From Vicugna vicugna (Eukaryota): a DNA stretch of 64,000 bases. The translations under genes were made by a program, and so were the position numbers. Shown here one piece after another: positions 50,265 through 64,000 of this stretch (position 1 is its first letter; each line of letters begins with the position of its first letter). The stretch spans positions 3,422,419 to 3,486,418 of the forward strand of contig MU058198.1 of assembly GCA_013265495.1 (NCBI GenBank), written 5' to 3'. The notes beneath the pieces are model-generated. The model ran no database searches and was not told where the DNA came from. It saw nothing but the letters and a program-made list of their open reading frames with translations.

Positions 50265-51003
50265 TCCAGCTTTATTGAAGTATAATTGGTATACAAAAAA
50301 CTGCACATAATTAATGTATGCAATTTGATGAGTTTGGACACATGTGTACACTCATATTACCATTACCACAATCAAGGTAATAAACATATCCATCATCTCC
50401 AAAAATGTCCTTGTGTCCCTTTGTTTTTTAGTTTTTTTTAACGTGTGTGGTAAGAACGCTTAACATGAGATCTACCTGCATAACACTTTTAAGTGTACAA
50501 TAGCTTATCGTTAACTGTAGGCACTATGTCTGCAGCAGAGCTCTGGAACTTGCTCATCTTGTGTAACTGTAACATTATACTCATTGAATGACAGCTTCCC
50601 ACATCCTCCTCCCTCCACCCCCTGGTAACCACCATTCCATCATCTACTTCTATACATTTGGCTATTTTAGATGCCTCATCTGAGAGGAATCATGCGGTAC
50701 TTGTCTTCCTGTGACTAATTTCATGTAGAATGATGTCCATCCATGTTGTCACAAATGGCAGGATTTCCTTCTTTTTAAAGACTGAGTAATATTCCATTGT
50801 ATGCATAGGCCACGTTTTCCTTCTTCTGTTTATCTGTTGATGGACATTTGGGTTGTTTCCTTAACTTGTTTGTGAATAAAGCTGCAAAGAACGAGGAGTG
50901 CAGGTAGCTCATCAAGACGGTGATTTCATTTCCTTTGGATGTATGCCCAGAAGTGGGATTGCTGGATTATATGGTAATTCTACTTTTAATTTCTCAAGGA
51001 ACC
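50265..51003 (-). mobile_element. L1MA-like 3' fragment
   Basis: ccagctttattgaagtataattg...cccagaagtgggattgctgg. Confidence 0.8.
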
Positions 51004-53934
51004 CCAATGGCTTCTTCCTACAAGCATGGGTGATACTCTGCCCGAGGGCTTTTCCTGCCGTAGGCATGTGTTCAGCTTGTGTGAAGGGCGAGTGGAAATG
51101 CCAGGGAGTCAATGCCTGTCAGAGCATCTCTTAAGCAATGACAGATGGAAACTGGAGGATAACTCCCGTGCTTCCTCATCCCTCAGGGGGGATGACAGAG
51201 GCAGGTTCTCTTCATTCTTGGAAATCTCCAGCAGGTTTTAGCCCCAGTTGCCCACAGCGTTAACCTGCTTGTTAAGGTACTCTGTCTGGTTCCTTTTGCT
51301 CTGTTTCAGTCTCCCACTCCCCTGGGTCACTTCACAATTAAACAACTTGCTCCCAAATCCTTGTCTCAAGGTGCTCTGGAGAAACTCAACCTAAGATGTG
51401 CTAGACCTTCCAGAACACAAGCTCACATTCCTCTGTGGTTGAGAGTGCTCAGTGGAACTCTTAGAAGAAGCACTGTGTTAGATGGTTGGACCACTCCTGG
51501 GGTCTTCTGAGTCCAGGGAGTTTGAGGTCACATAAAGACTACGCATCTTTGGGTCTCTAGAGACGTGGAATTGTCTGGGGAGGTTAACCCCATTTCAGCT
51601 TTTGCATTTTGATTGCATTTGATTCTGACAGAATTGTCTCATGGTTGAGAGGAGGGGGCAAAGAGGATATTTGATTTCTTATGGAATTTTGTGGTTTTTG
51701 TCAGAGGATTGCTACATGAACAAAGACTTTTTGATTGAGGGATGTTTGTTTAGTGTTTGGCTCTAATTAAAGGTTGGGGGAGGGTAGAAAACTCACTGAG
51801 TGGCTATTTTTTCCAGGCACTGTGGGGGAAGATCTGTGTATAGAGAGAAATAGAGGAGCGAGACAGAGACAGAGAGAGATAAGTTTCTTTATAGCTAGTC
51901 TTGTTTTCATTACGGTGTTTCTCAAATTTTCCTGGCAGTAAGTATCTTTGGCCCCATTTGAGAGCCCCTGAGTCTCCTGGGAGATCTGAATTTTTAATAT
52001 GTGATTCTGATGTTGGAGGTCCAAGGCCTGACCTGAAACTTCCAACCAGGCTCAATGAGAGGTTCTCCAACAACCACAAAGCACCAGGCATAACCCAGGC
52101 CCAGAGGCTGTGTGCCCACACCTGCTCTGTGCTAGTGACTAGAGCTCCTGACCTAGGAAGGGTCCCTAGAGCGCCTGGGGATCCCCAAGATTCCACCCGC
52201 TGTTTTGGTGCAGGCCCCACACTTTTTCTCAGTGTGAAAGTTCCAGGGTCCCACCCACGCTCAGGAGGGGAGACCTTGGTCAGGCAGGAGGGCGGGGCAT
52301 CCATCTGGCTGCTGCAGTGTCAGCTCTCGGAACCTCACCCTCTTGATATGGACCCTGACAGAGATGCCTGTGGATTTGCCCCAGGGGCGGGGGCGGGGGG
52401 TGGTATTGAAGACACCAGTGGGGAGCCCTGTGCTGCGAGCAGCAGTTGCCAAATGTCAGCGATTTGTTTACCACCCTCATCATTGTTCCCCTGCGGTCCC
52501 TGCAAACTGTGCAATTATCGACTTACTATTTGTCTGTGAATCAGCTCGTTTAAAATCTTTGTATTTCGGCTTATGATGGAAACTGAGTATCACTCCTGTA
52601 AATTAAAACTGCCGTAAACAAAATAACTATACAAATACAGTACATACAAAGAAACCAAAAAAAAAAAAAAAGGAGATTAGCAAGCATTACAGAGTTGTAA
52701 AAGACAAACCTCCCCGAAACACAGCTCCTCTGTGGTGATCTGAAGGATGGAGAAAGGGAACACCGTTTTTACTGTGGGATTTGGGGTTATTTAAAGCAGT
52801 GGGGTTACCCCTGAAAATGATCTTGGGTACATAAGCGGTGTGCTTCCTACACGTCGGGATCCACTGGCTGGGAGAACCAGGAGGCAGTAGTCCCGGGTCC
52901 AGGGACCACTTTGGAGGCAGCTGTCAGTGAGCTGGGCATCCGGTTTCTCGGGCTGGCCGCTGCTCAGATTGGGTTTGACAGAGGTTGGCCATGGAAACGG
53001 AGTCCACTCACCAGGTCTGGTCCAGGGACAAGTAGTAGGGCACTATGACAGATGACTTCTTACAGAGCTGGAAATGTCAAAAGCAACAGCCCCGCGCTGA
53101 CATTTGTCTCCAGGCCTGGTAAGACTGTGAGCTTGGAAATGGAGCCTGTGAACTTGCCCACCTGCTGGGCACAGATGGCAGAGTCCCCGACGGAGGGGCT
53201 GGGGGCCTCGTGTTTGGGATCCTCACTTGACAGGGGCTTCCCAGCGAGGTGTCGGACAGACACTGGAGCCGTCCCCGCTTTTTCCACTGGGGATGCTGGA
53301 AAGGGCTTTTGCTGACCTGGAATTTCCTGGAAGAACCCATCTACATATCCTGAAAATACGAGGAGAATTCCCGAGGAAGCCCCTTTCCTTGACAAGGTGA
53401 CGGGATGTGAAACTGTGTCGGGAGCCCTGAGGGGAGAAGCAAGTAGGACTTAAGTCATCATGCTGTGTAAACCTCATTCTGGCTGCAATGCCTCTTCTGA
53501 ATTCATCAGGACATAGGTAAGAATTGTGGACTTGGCTCTCAAGTAGAATGAAACTCTGGGTTGTCCTTGGCCCCACCTAGCCAACACCAATAAAATGCTC
53601 TTGGTGTTTAAGGGGCAATATATAGATTTGATTCTTGGTTATAGACCTTCCCTGAGAATCATTGTGGTTCAGTAAAAACAACTTGAGTTTTGGAGTTTTA
53701 TTAAGCCAGAGATTGAATCTGGACCCTTTAAAGTACTCACTGAACAACCTTGGGTAAGTGAGTTCATCCTTCAGTGACTCAGCCTCTAATACCTGTGAGA
53801 GAGAGAGTTAATACCAGGATCTCGTAGAGTCATTGTGTCTTGTCCTTCCCCTACCTCACTGCCACCACCACGCCTGGTCTACTTCAGCTGAGGCCCCTTG
53901 GCCCCACCCATAAGCCAGGATTCTGGTTACTATC

Positions 53935-55700
53935 TGTCAGGAATCTTTCTGTTGTTAACCAGCTTATGAAGGAACAGAGGTTTATTGGTTCATATAACTG
54001 AAAGGAAAGTCCAAAGGTAGACCTGGCAAAGAAAAGTCCCAAAGTCATCAGAAATTGGCCGTTTCACTCTCAAGTCTGCTCTCCTCTGTGTTGGTTTCAT
54101 CCCTAAGCAACAATCCCAATGAAAAGAGAGCCTCTCTTTCTCAACAGTTCTGCCAAAATTCCCAGAAATGAACCTCAGCCTACTCACTGTAGCTGGTGAG
54201 CATATTCCACGCTGATTGGCCAGGCTGGTCACATGCTCACCCCAGGAGATTGCAGTCTTTCTTCGTGTGTGTGTGTGTGTGTGTCTGTGTGTGTGTATCT
54301 GTGTAGTGTGTCGCTTCCTTAAAGGAAAATCAGAATGCTGTTGCCAGAAAAAGATGGCTGCATGTTGGGCAGGCATAATTGACAGGTAACCATACATTAG
54401 TGTTTTTGGCTATGAATAGCAGAATTATCAACTAACAGTGGCTTAAACAATCAAGACAATTATCTCACATTATAAGATGTTTTTGGTGGTAGGCAGTCCT
54501 AGAGTCGTTGAGTGGCTCAACAATTTTATTAAAGATCCAAGATCTACTTAACCTTCCATTCTTCAGTACGCTGGCTTTTAATTCTCATGGTTACAAGATG
54601 GCTGCTGTGGCGCTAGCCTTCACATCCTCACAGGAACAGTATCTAGAACAGGTGGATAACCAGGGCAGCTAGATAACTCCTTTCATGTCTGTCTATTTTG
54701 ATCGCAGAGGAAACTATTTCCCAAAGGTGTATCCCCCTTATAGATCACCATTTACTTGTCATTGGTCAGAACAAGATATCTCTAGCTGCAGGGAGACTAG
54801 AAAAGTGAATAGCTGACTTTTCCAGACTTTATTATGGGAAATGGGCTTTATCAATAATAATGAAAAGGGAGAGAAAGAACAGTCGTGTAGTGTATTATTC
54901 TAAGTGTGACTGTGGTAGTGCACAACCCCTAATCTCAATGGCTTGATACAGCAAGCTGCATGCTGTCACCCTGCATGCTGTTAGCTGTGGGTCAGCTGCA
55001 GCTCTGCTCCACATGACTTTATGCTGCAGGACCCAGGGACATGCCATTTTCATGGTAGAGGGAAAGCAAAAGAGCTCCAGGAAACCTGGCTAAGTTTCCG
55101 TGTGGACCTGGCACACTCCTTGTCTACTTGGATACCTCTGGTCAAAGCAAGTCACAGTCTAACCCGAGGTCAGCAGGGCAGGAAAGTCTGCTCCTCCCTC
55201 AGGGAGTCACGATCTATCACATGATGTTCTATTGCTGTGTAACAAGCCACCCTAACACTTAGCACTCTAAAACAACCACCGTTTTGTTACACCTGATGAT
55301 TCTATGGATCAGGGATTTAGCCGGGGCTCCGCCCGGCCATTCTTCTGCTGCACATGGTGTTGACTGAGGCCGCGCTCTGTGGTATTCAGCCAGCACACAG
55401 GCTGATTTGGAGGGTACAGCTTGGCTTTACTCACAGGTCTGACACTTGGCAGGGATGCCTTGAAGGCTGGGCTCCCCAGCATGGCAGTGTGAAGGTTGTG
55501 GACTTCCTCCACGGCAGCTCGGGGCTCCCAGAGACACTGTCTGAGAGACAGAAAATGGAAAAGAGACTGGAAACTGGCCCAGCATCACTTCTGCCATGAA
55601 GTATTGGGGGATAAACCAGTCACAGAGCCCACAAGAGGAGGAGATAGAGACTCCCTCTCCGGAAGGAGACTTTACCACCATCTTTAACCTGCCACTCATG
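53935..55700. mobile_element. Cluster of decayed MLT1-type LTRs
   Basis: Repeated MLT1-like starts, e.g. ctattgctgtgtaacaagccaccc. Confidence 0.55.
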
Positions 55701-55777
55701 GCTACAGGGGCAGATGCCTAATCTTACAGGGAAGGGAAGTAGACATTTAAAAAAATGAATTTTAAAACAGGCTTTAA

Positions 55778-55897
55778 GCGGGGGAGGGTATAGCTCAAAT
55801 GGTAGAGCACGTGCCTAGCATGCATGAAGTCCTGGGTTCAATCCCCAGTCCCTCCATTTAAAAACATATATAATAAAAATAAGTAAATAAATAGACC
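55778..55897 (+). mobile_element. vic-1-type SINE
   Basis: TSD taaaacaggctttaa/taaaatgggctttaa. Confidence 0.88.
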
Positions 55898-58800
55898 TAA
55901 AATGGGCTTTAACTTACCAGTTAATATTAATCATGAAAGGAAAATTATTAAAACATTGTTATATTAAACAGTTACATGTTACATGATAAATAGTTAATAT
56001 TTATCATGAAACCCAAATAATTAAAACATAGTTATGTTAAATATTTAATACATGTTATGCTTTATATATATATATGCTTAACATATATGTTGAATAGTTA
56101 ATATTTATCATGAAACCAAAGTAATTAAAATAATTGGGATACTGCTTAGAAACATTAAAGGGACAAAAAAAGGAAGAACATTTACACACACATACACACA
56201 TAGTTTATACAGTATGATAAAACATTCTATGTTTATATATTAGACCCCGAAATTACATCACAAAATAAAACGACAAGTACTTTAGAAAGCAATATAATTG
56301 AATATTAATGTAATCTTTAGGTGGTCAAGCCTTATCTAAGAATAATCACCAAGGAAAATATATAAATATTATGTTAAATATATTAAAAAATTCTGTATAT
56401 CCAAAATTCTTTTTAAACTTAAAAGACAAACTGGAGGATTATTTGCATTATGTATATCAGACAAGGGGTTAAAATCTTTTACACGTAAATAGCTTTAAAT
56501 CCTCTAAAAAAAAGATGAACATGACATAGGCAAATGTCCAAAAGCACATAAAAATGTTCAGTCTCAATGCTGATGAAATTCTCATTAAAACCATGATTCT
56601 TCTGAGGATCAATCTGGTTTTATAAATCAAAAACCTCAAAAATGGCCACACTCTTTGACCCAGACCTCTCATTCCTAGGAATTTACCCTAAGTAAACAAT
56701 TATGGGTGTGCAGGAACATTGCCCTACCAGATTATTCACCTAAGTGTTGTTTATAACACAGTGTAAAACCGGAGTCATCTATGTGACGGGAACAGGGTAT
56801 CTCTGGAGTGCCCTGCTGGGGCCTCCCTTTAAGAAGGAACTTGTCCTTCGCTACACCATGAGCGTAATATAGATTTTAAGATTTATTTTTTAGTGATTAC
56901 CAAAGTTTTCTGGTGGCTACCTCACTCTAAACTATACTTTTTGAAATGTTACCTTTCTACTAAATTGTAACCATAAAAGCATAATAATAATAGAAATGGC
57001 TACTTCTTATTGAGTTAAGCCTTCCTTACCTTCCTTACTTCCTTACAAGGATTACCTCATTTAATTCTCACAATAAACCTGCGAGTTCGGTATTTTTATT
57101 AAGTCCACATTATGGATGTGAAGCAATATTCTCAAAGTCATAGAGCTATTCAGTGGTGAAGTCCATGGTGCTGGCTCTTAATCATTAAGCTATCCTGTCT
57201 GATGAGAAATTGCTGGCTTCCAATCACATAAGTGTTTCTTTCCATTAAATGTTCTCCCTGATTTGCCCTCAGTTTTAGATAAGAATTCTCATAATTATAC
57301 TTCAGTGGATACTAATTTGACATTCAAGAGGTCTGCTTGTCACTGCCCAGCACAAATGTAGTTCACAAAATTATTTAATTTAACGCTCAGATCATTAACG
57401 TCTCCTTGAAACCCCATCAATCTCTTTCCGAACTCTGAGCGATATTTTCAGACTCAGTTTGTCTCTTGTCTCTTCCTCTTCTTCTGCCTACATAGAGCGT
57501 GGGTCCCACAGCCATCGCCTGAACGTGAGCAATCTTGACCTTGAGACTTGAACTTACACACCAAGAATCAGAGAAGCCTGAATCCCAAATAACTCTGCGG
57601 AGCTGCCATGCTGGCTCTAGCTTTTTACATCAGAGAATAAACCCTACAATTGTTTAATCCACAGTAACTGGATCTCTGTTACTAGTAGCTGAATACAATT
57701 CCTATCTGATACTGTGCCGATTCTAGAAAAATGCATTTCCCTATCATTTCCAACGGTTCCATCTTAATTCCCATTCTCCTCCAAGCAGCATACTAAACAA
57801 GTTGCCAAAATAGTTTATTCTTAGCATGTCAATTCAGTGCATTAAAAAATACAACAACGTAATTGGCCCAATTATCCCTAACTAACATGTGTCAGAAATA
57901 TAAAACAAGCATTTGTATTTTCAATGTGTCGTTTTTGTGCAGTCTCCTAAATTTTGATGTTGTAAGCATCATGCCTTTGACATCAGCTAAGGGCGATAAA
58001 TTGAAGAGGTTGATTGCAGTTCTCTGGGTGCCAAGAATTATGCTGGTTTCTGTCCCACAGTCGAGAACATAAATCCTTCAGTGCAGGTGGAAACATTGTT
58101 GAGTTCTCTAGAGATATTTCTCACACCCATAACAGAGAGTCTGGTAGGGATTGGACATTGAGTTATATGTATATTTTTTGAAGCTCTAAAAATGGCCATT
58201 TAAAACATTGCAAGCAATACATGTTGATACTTTCATGGAGAACACCCAAGAAACTGTTAACACTGGTTCCTTCTGAGCAGTGGGAATGGAAATCTGGGGA
58301 GGGGAGGGGAGACTTTTACTTTGTAAATTCCATCTTAGAAAGTTTGTTTTATCATCACTGGTTTCAGAGTGAGTGATCAAGAGAGACAGTTCCAGAGCCC
58401 AGACTGTGAGGTTTCAAATCCCATTTCATCACTAACTGGCGCAGTGTCCCTGGGAAAGTTGATTTATGTATCAAACACATGTATCAAACACACGTGCCAG
58501 GCACTGTCTTGAGCATTTTTAAAAAGACTAACTCATTTAAGTCTCAGAAAAACCCTATGGAATAGGAACTATTATTATCCCCATTTCACAGACGGGGAAG
58601 CTGAGGGACAGGCACATACCTAAAGATACGTAGCTGGTGAAAGTGGCTGGGACAGGATTCCTCGCAACCATGAGCACCAGAGCCTTTATTTCTAAGGATG
58701 ATGCTGTGTTGCCACCTTGAAGTGTTGAATCTGTGTCTCATTTCTCTTAAAAATGAGAATAATAATAATAATAATAATAATAATAGCAACATTATCAACA

Positions 58801-59478
58801 ATAGTAATGCCTGCCTCGTATCCTCATTACACTCGTTACCAAGAGTAAATGAACGAATTAACGTAGGGGTTAGAGCGGTGCCTGAGACATGGGAAGCACC
58901 GAATAAGTGACAGACATCATCATTATGACCTGGGTACAGTTACAAAGCTGAGTACAAGCAGTTTCTGCCATTTGAGGGGGAGACTCGAGCGTGGGCTTGG
59001 GTGTAGACAGTTCCTTTCCTCTGGGAAGGACCATCAAGGTGAGCGCTTTGACTTTCGGCGGGTACAGGACAAGGGCGAATCCAGGGTTTGTAGGGCACTC
59101 TCCTTTTCTCTTTCCGAAACCGGGGAAGAAAGGCATTACGGGTCTGGTGGGAGAGGTAAGCCAACCCCTGGCAGGTGGCCTTTGAGTCTGAGTTTGGGCG
59201 TGTGTCCCTCAGAGAACCTGAGCTGGGTGATGCGTCTCATGATTTGAGGGTTCTGCAGAGGCCGTGTTGGAGGGCCCAGCAGAGGGTGACCCGGAGTCCT
59301 GAAGGTCACAGGCCTCAGCGAGGTGACTAGGTCAGGAATGGGATATGAAAGCCCAGTTATGCACGAAGTTCAAGGCAGAGACTGGTGGTGTCCTCCGCCA
59401 CCCACCCAGTCCCAGTTCAGAGAGGCATGGTTCTTCAATTCTTTGGCCATTTCTTCTCTGATTTACCTCCATATATAC

Positions 59479-59642
59479 TATAAATATAAATATAAATATA
59501 AATATAAATATAAATATAAATATAAATATAAATATAAATATAAAAATAAATATAAATATAAATATAAATATAAATATAAATATAAATATAAATATAAATA
59601 TAAATATAAATATAAATAAAAATATAAATATAAATATAAATA
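59479..59642. repeat. (TATAAA)n microsatellite, ~27 units
   Basis: Seen directly. Confidence 0.97.
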
Positions 59643-59669
59643 CTGTTTATTATCTTTTCAACTATAGAC

Positions 59670-60489
59670 GTTACTACTATGATCTGTTTCTACCCACAGA
59701 ACACTCCTGACACCACATGTGCGCTTTCCCCCCCAACACCAACCAATTCTCTGACAGCAGCTCCTTGTTCTACAATTCAGTCAACTCTGACACCCGGAGC
59801 AAGCGGCAGAACCCACAAATTAAGGGCTCAGCCCCACAAGACGGCTTCCATTTCAGATGCCAGTCCCAGTCTCAGGCCTCCTATACTTCTGACCAGCCAG
59901 CTGTAAATCAGGGGTTCCCACGACCCCAACTTTGGGTTCAGTCATTTGCTAGAATGGCTCACAGAACTACGGAAAAGTTGACGTGCTGGTTTCAGTGTAT
60001 TGTAAAGGACAGAACTCAGACAAATGGAAGAGGTGCACAGTAGGGCCAGGCAGCTCCGGGCACGCCCCGCTCCCGGCACCTCGGTGTGTTCACCAGCCTG
60101 GAGGCTCTCCAAACCCCATTGTCTAGGGTTTCTGTGGAGGCTCCATTATGCAGGCAAAATCGATTAAATTATTGGCCACTGGCGATGAATTCAGTCCCCA
60201 GCTCCTCCCTCTTGCCCGGAGGTCAGAGGGTGGAGCTGAAATTTCCAACCTTTTAATCCCGTGGTTGATTCCTTCAGCAACCAGCCCTCATCTGGAAGCC
60301 ATTTAGGGGCCACCAAGAGTCACCTTATTTGCACAAACTCAGGTCTGGTTAAAGCGGCTTATTATGAACAACAAAAGAAATCTCCCTTTATCCCACCACT
60401 TAGGAAATTCCAAGGGTTTTAGGAAAACTGTGCCAGGAACTGGGGACAAAGACCAAACATATATTTCTTATTGTATCACCAAATCACAA
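59670..60489 (-). mobile_element. MER21-like solo LTR
   Basis: Minus strand aaatatatgtttggtctttgtccccagttcctggcacag...aaaacccttggaatttcct. Confidence 0.7.
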
Positions 60490-60854
60490 CATTGTTTACT
60501 GATTTCCTAATAGGAAGGATTTAACTCTTTCACACACTGTCTGTACCCCATCCCCATCAGTTCCTCTCCCACCTTTAACCTCATTACAGCAGGCGGTTTC
60601 GTTAAATCAATATTTAGTGCTTACGCTATTATGACAGTTGAAACACTGTATTAGCTGAGCCATATCTTGTACTATGATTACCTTTGTGTAAGTTTTTGTT
60701 TTCCCTGGAATGACTAATTCCTTTATTTTACTTTATTAGTGTTCAGTACGCTCATCAGCAGGTCAGCCTGCAGCAACGCACAGCTACTCAGTAAGCTCTT
60801 CTCATTCAAGCACAGCAGGTAATTTATCACCCATCACCCCGCTTCCCAAGACCT

Positions 60855-61870
60855 CTGCAGTCAACTGCCCATGGCAATATTTCCACTCCTGCATGCTCTT
60901 CCAGAATCTTGTCACGCTACATCAAAGGCAGAATCTATTTGCCTTCCCTTGAACCTGGGTGGGACTCCGTGATTGCTTTGACAAATAGATTGTGGTGGAA
61001 GTGACAGTGTGTGGTTTTTGAGGCCAGGATGTAAAAGATAGCTTGTTTTCTGCCTGGCCGTCTCTCTTAAGGCTCTTCCCCTTAGAACCAAGTCACTGCT
61101 GATAGAAAGCCCAAACTAGCCAAATAGTGAGCACATAGTGAGGGCTGAGGCCCTCCGCTGACAGCCAGCATCAACCACTAGACACAGAAGTAAACTATCC
61201 CTCAGATGAATCCAGCCTTTGAGTCTTCCAGCTGAAGCCCCAGGCATTGCGTAGCGGTGACCAGCCATCCCCTCTGTGCCCTGTCTCAATTCTAGACCCA
61301 AAAAATCCACGTGCATAATAAGTGGATGTTTTCCCCCACTGAGTTTTGTGACACTGCCACAGTGACTGGAATACCTCTGTGGTCGCCTGCCTCCAAGATG
61401 GCCCCAGTGATCCCCGTCTCCTGGTAGTCACACCTGGTGTGGTCCTCCCCTACATTATCTTCAGGGTCGGTCTCTGGTGACTGATAGAATACTGCAGAAG
61501 TGATGGTATGTTAGTTCCAAGATGAGGGTATAAGAGCTAATTTGGCTTCTGTCTTGATCTCTGTCCCCTTCTCTGTGGGATCATCCACTGTGGGGGAAGC
61601 TGGCTCCCATGTGCTGAACAGCCCTACAGGGAGGCCCACAGGACAAGTGACTCAGGGTTCTTGCCAGCTGCCGTGGGAGTGGGCAGATCCTTCAGCTCCT
61701 GTGAAGCCTTCAGATGACTGCAGCCTTGGCTGGATTACAACCTCATGAAAGACCCTGAACCAGAGACAGAGTTTTGGCCCCTTAGAAACTGTATGAGATA
61801 ATAACTGTTTGTTGTTTTAAGCTGCTAACTTTTGGGGTTACTTGTTACACAGCAATAATTAACTAATATA
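60855..61870. mobile_element. Two adjacent MLT1-type LTRs
   Basis: ccagctgaagcccc, gccttcagatgactgcagcc, gttacacagcaata motifs. Confidence 0.65.
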
Positions 61871-62252
61871 AACTCCCACCTGGGACTCTCCCTGTTTTCT
61901 TGCTTCAGTCTGAACAGACTCTCCCTACACCTGTTGTACACTGTGGATTTCCTTTCCCTCTCATCCTGGGAATTCCCTTTCCTTTTCCCTGGACCTCTGG
62001 TTTCCTCTTTGTAGTTTTAATTTATCATTTTTGGTACAGCACACTGTCTGGTAGCATCTTCAGAAAGAGTGCATTGGGGAAAAATATTTTGAGGCCTCAC
62101 ATGATTGACATCTTTATTCTGCCCTTATATTTGATTGTAAGATATCAGGGTCCAGAATCTTAGGCTGAAATTATTTTTTTACTCAGAAATTTGAAAGCAT
62201 TGTTTCATTTCCTTCCTAGCTTTCTAAGTTGCTTTTGCAGAGTATGAATCTT

Positions 62253-62387
62253 CGTTTGTTTGTTTTGTTTGTTTTTTCAGTGGTGAGGTAATTAAGTTTA
62301 TTTATTTTTAATGGATGTACCGGGGATTGAACCCAGGACCCTGTACATGCTAAGCATGTACTCTACCACTAAGCTATACCCTCCCCC
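62253..62387 (-). mobile_element. vic-1-type SINE
   Basis: TSD agagtatgaatctt/agaatatgaatttt. Confidence 0.88.
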
Positions 62388-62713
62388 GGAAGAATATGAA
62401 TTTTTGTATGTGGCTGGTTTTTGGTTTTGTTTTCCCTCTCTGAAAACTTTTAGGAAGAATTGTGGGTGGCGGTCAAGCAGGCAGATTCTAAGATCAGACC
62501 ATCTGGGTTCAAATCTCAGTTCCAACAGTTGTTGGCTGTGAGACTCTGGGAAATTTGATTATCCTCTCTGTGCCTCAGTTTTTCTATCTGCAAAGTGGGG
62601 ATAATAATAGTACCTACTTCACAGAGTTGTTGTGATGCTGCCCTACACCCATTGATGTAGTTCTTTCTCAGATGGTAAGTGTCATAGACCTTTCCTGGGG
62701 GAGGATCTACAAC

Positions 62714-62923
62714 AGGGTCAGCAAGCTTTATCTGTAAAGGAACAGATAGCAAATATTTTTGGCATAGTAGGCTATCAGGTCTCTATCAACTATTCAACTC
62801 TGCCATTATGCTGTGGAAGTCACCATAGACAAACCTAAGTGAATGAGCATGCCTGTGTTCCAATAAAACTTTATTTACACAGTGGCAGACAGCTTTGGCC
62901 CATGGACCACAGGTTGCTGACCA
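62714..62923. mobile_element. MER58A-like element
   Basis: cagggtcagcaagctttatctgtaaagg...gtgttccaataaaactttattt. Confidence 0.75.
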
Positions 62924-62992
62924 GGATGGAGAAGGTACTATCCTCTCCCTTTTGTACTCATTCCATTAGACCCCCTTTCAGAGATCTAGCCA

Positions 62993-63005
62993 CGCCCCCT
63001 GGTGG
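62993..63005 (-). promoter_or_regulatory. CTCF motif
   Basis: Minus strand CCACCAGGGGGCG, canonical core. Confidence 0.7.
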
Positions 63006-64000
63006 AAGCATCTCAGACTAGAAAGTCTGACTACCTCTTCACAGCGCTCTGAGTCCAACAATTCAATTGTATAAAAAAGCAAGGTTGTGTATTGCAATGT
63101 TTAATGAAACAAACTGAGTGAATCTTTTGCAATGATGGGAGTCAATTACCAATTATATTATACTCGAATCTGCATTATTATGAGCCACCCTTCACAGTTT
63201 GATTGTCCTTAAACCAATGGGAAAAATCCTTCCTCCGACCTAAGCCCTCATGTCGCAGTGCACCTTCTCCAGAGAGGAGAGATGAGCTCACTTAACCAGC
63301 CTCTCCCAAGGGGCCCCTCCATCACAGGGCCTGGCCCTTGCCTGTGTAGCCAGCTGGGCAGAGCAGCCTCTGCAGCTCTGAAGAAAAGAATCTTCATAAA
63401 TCTAACAGTTCAGCTCTCACACTGGATTCTGTGCCCTGGGGTTATTAGTCTTGGGAGGTTACGTACAAGATGGCAGCAGAAATGGACCATTACGCTGCGC
63501 ATAACTGTATTAGCTCAACGGGGAGTCGTTAAGCACCCACTGTGTCTGAACGTGATCCTGGTTGTTCAGGAGAAGTGCAGGCAGGGGAACGGTTATTCTC
63601 TGAAGCACTATTTTCAACAATGTGTGTTAACATGTTGACATGATGGTATTAAATAAATACAAGAGTCTTCAAATGAAATTCTTTATGCTAAGTCCTGTAT
63701 CACCAAACCAAGACTTAATTAGAGTTTCTGCTCTCCCAGAAATGGAATCTTAAACGAGTCAATCAGAAATTGCCTAGTCAGCATGAGTTAGGTAACTTGT
63801 CTGATAGACCCTCATAAGGAAATGACCTTGCAATAATCAGTCCACTTCTTGCCTAGTACAACTTCCTGTTCCTGCTCCCTTCTGCCTGTAGAGTCTCCCG
63901 TTTTGTGCAGCTCTTTGGAGCTCCTTTCTGTCTGCTAGATTGGATGCTGCTTGATTCTTGATTTATTGAGTTGAATTTTGTTTTTTAACAATGGATATTA

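Noticed and set aside
51901..52539. 212-aa ORF
   Set aside because: Non-ATG start, includes MER5-like sequence, no known domain
59323..59619. ORF with (YK)n tail
   Set aside because: Translation of the TATAAA microsatellite
21747..62387. tRNA-Ala-like sequences as tRNA genes
   Set aside because: Diverged, with A-rich tails and TSDs: SINEs

Overview
Mammalian genomic DNA, very likely a camelid (ten tRNA-Ala-derived vic-1-type SINEs), syntenic with the human PLK1-ERN2-CHP2-(PRKCB) locus. It holds the last 3 coding exons of PLK1 (+), a complete 22-exon ERN2/IRE1-beta gene (-, all GT-AG, 920 aa from the strong-context ATG) tail-to-tail with PLK1, and a complete 7-exon CHP2 gene (+, 196 aa) divergent from ERN2. 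The rest is repeat-rich (L1, vic-1, MIR, L2, MLT1, MER elements) with one 258-nt gap. I see no demonstrably new biological system. Best leads: an orphan promoter-like element at ~27 kb with downstream exon-like segments; a GGTCA cluster with a perfect DR4 in ERN2 intron 7; ERN2 start-codon turnover; back-to-back PLK1/ERN2 poly(A) signals; convergent CTCF motifs around ERN2+CHP2; a probable L1 3' transduction; a SINE-L1 chimera; a 245-bp tandem duplication. Repeat family names and orthologue comparisons are from memory, not searches; repeat boundaries are approximate.
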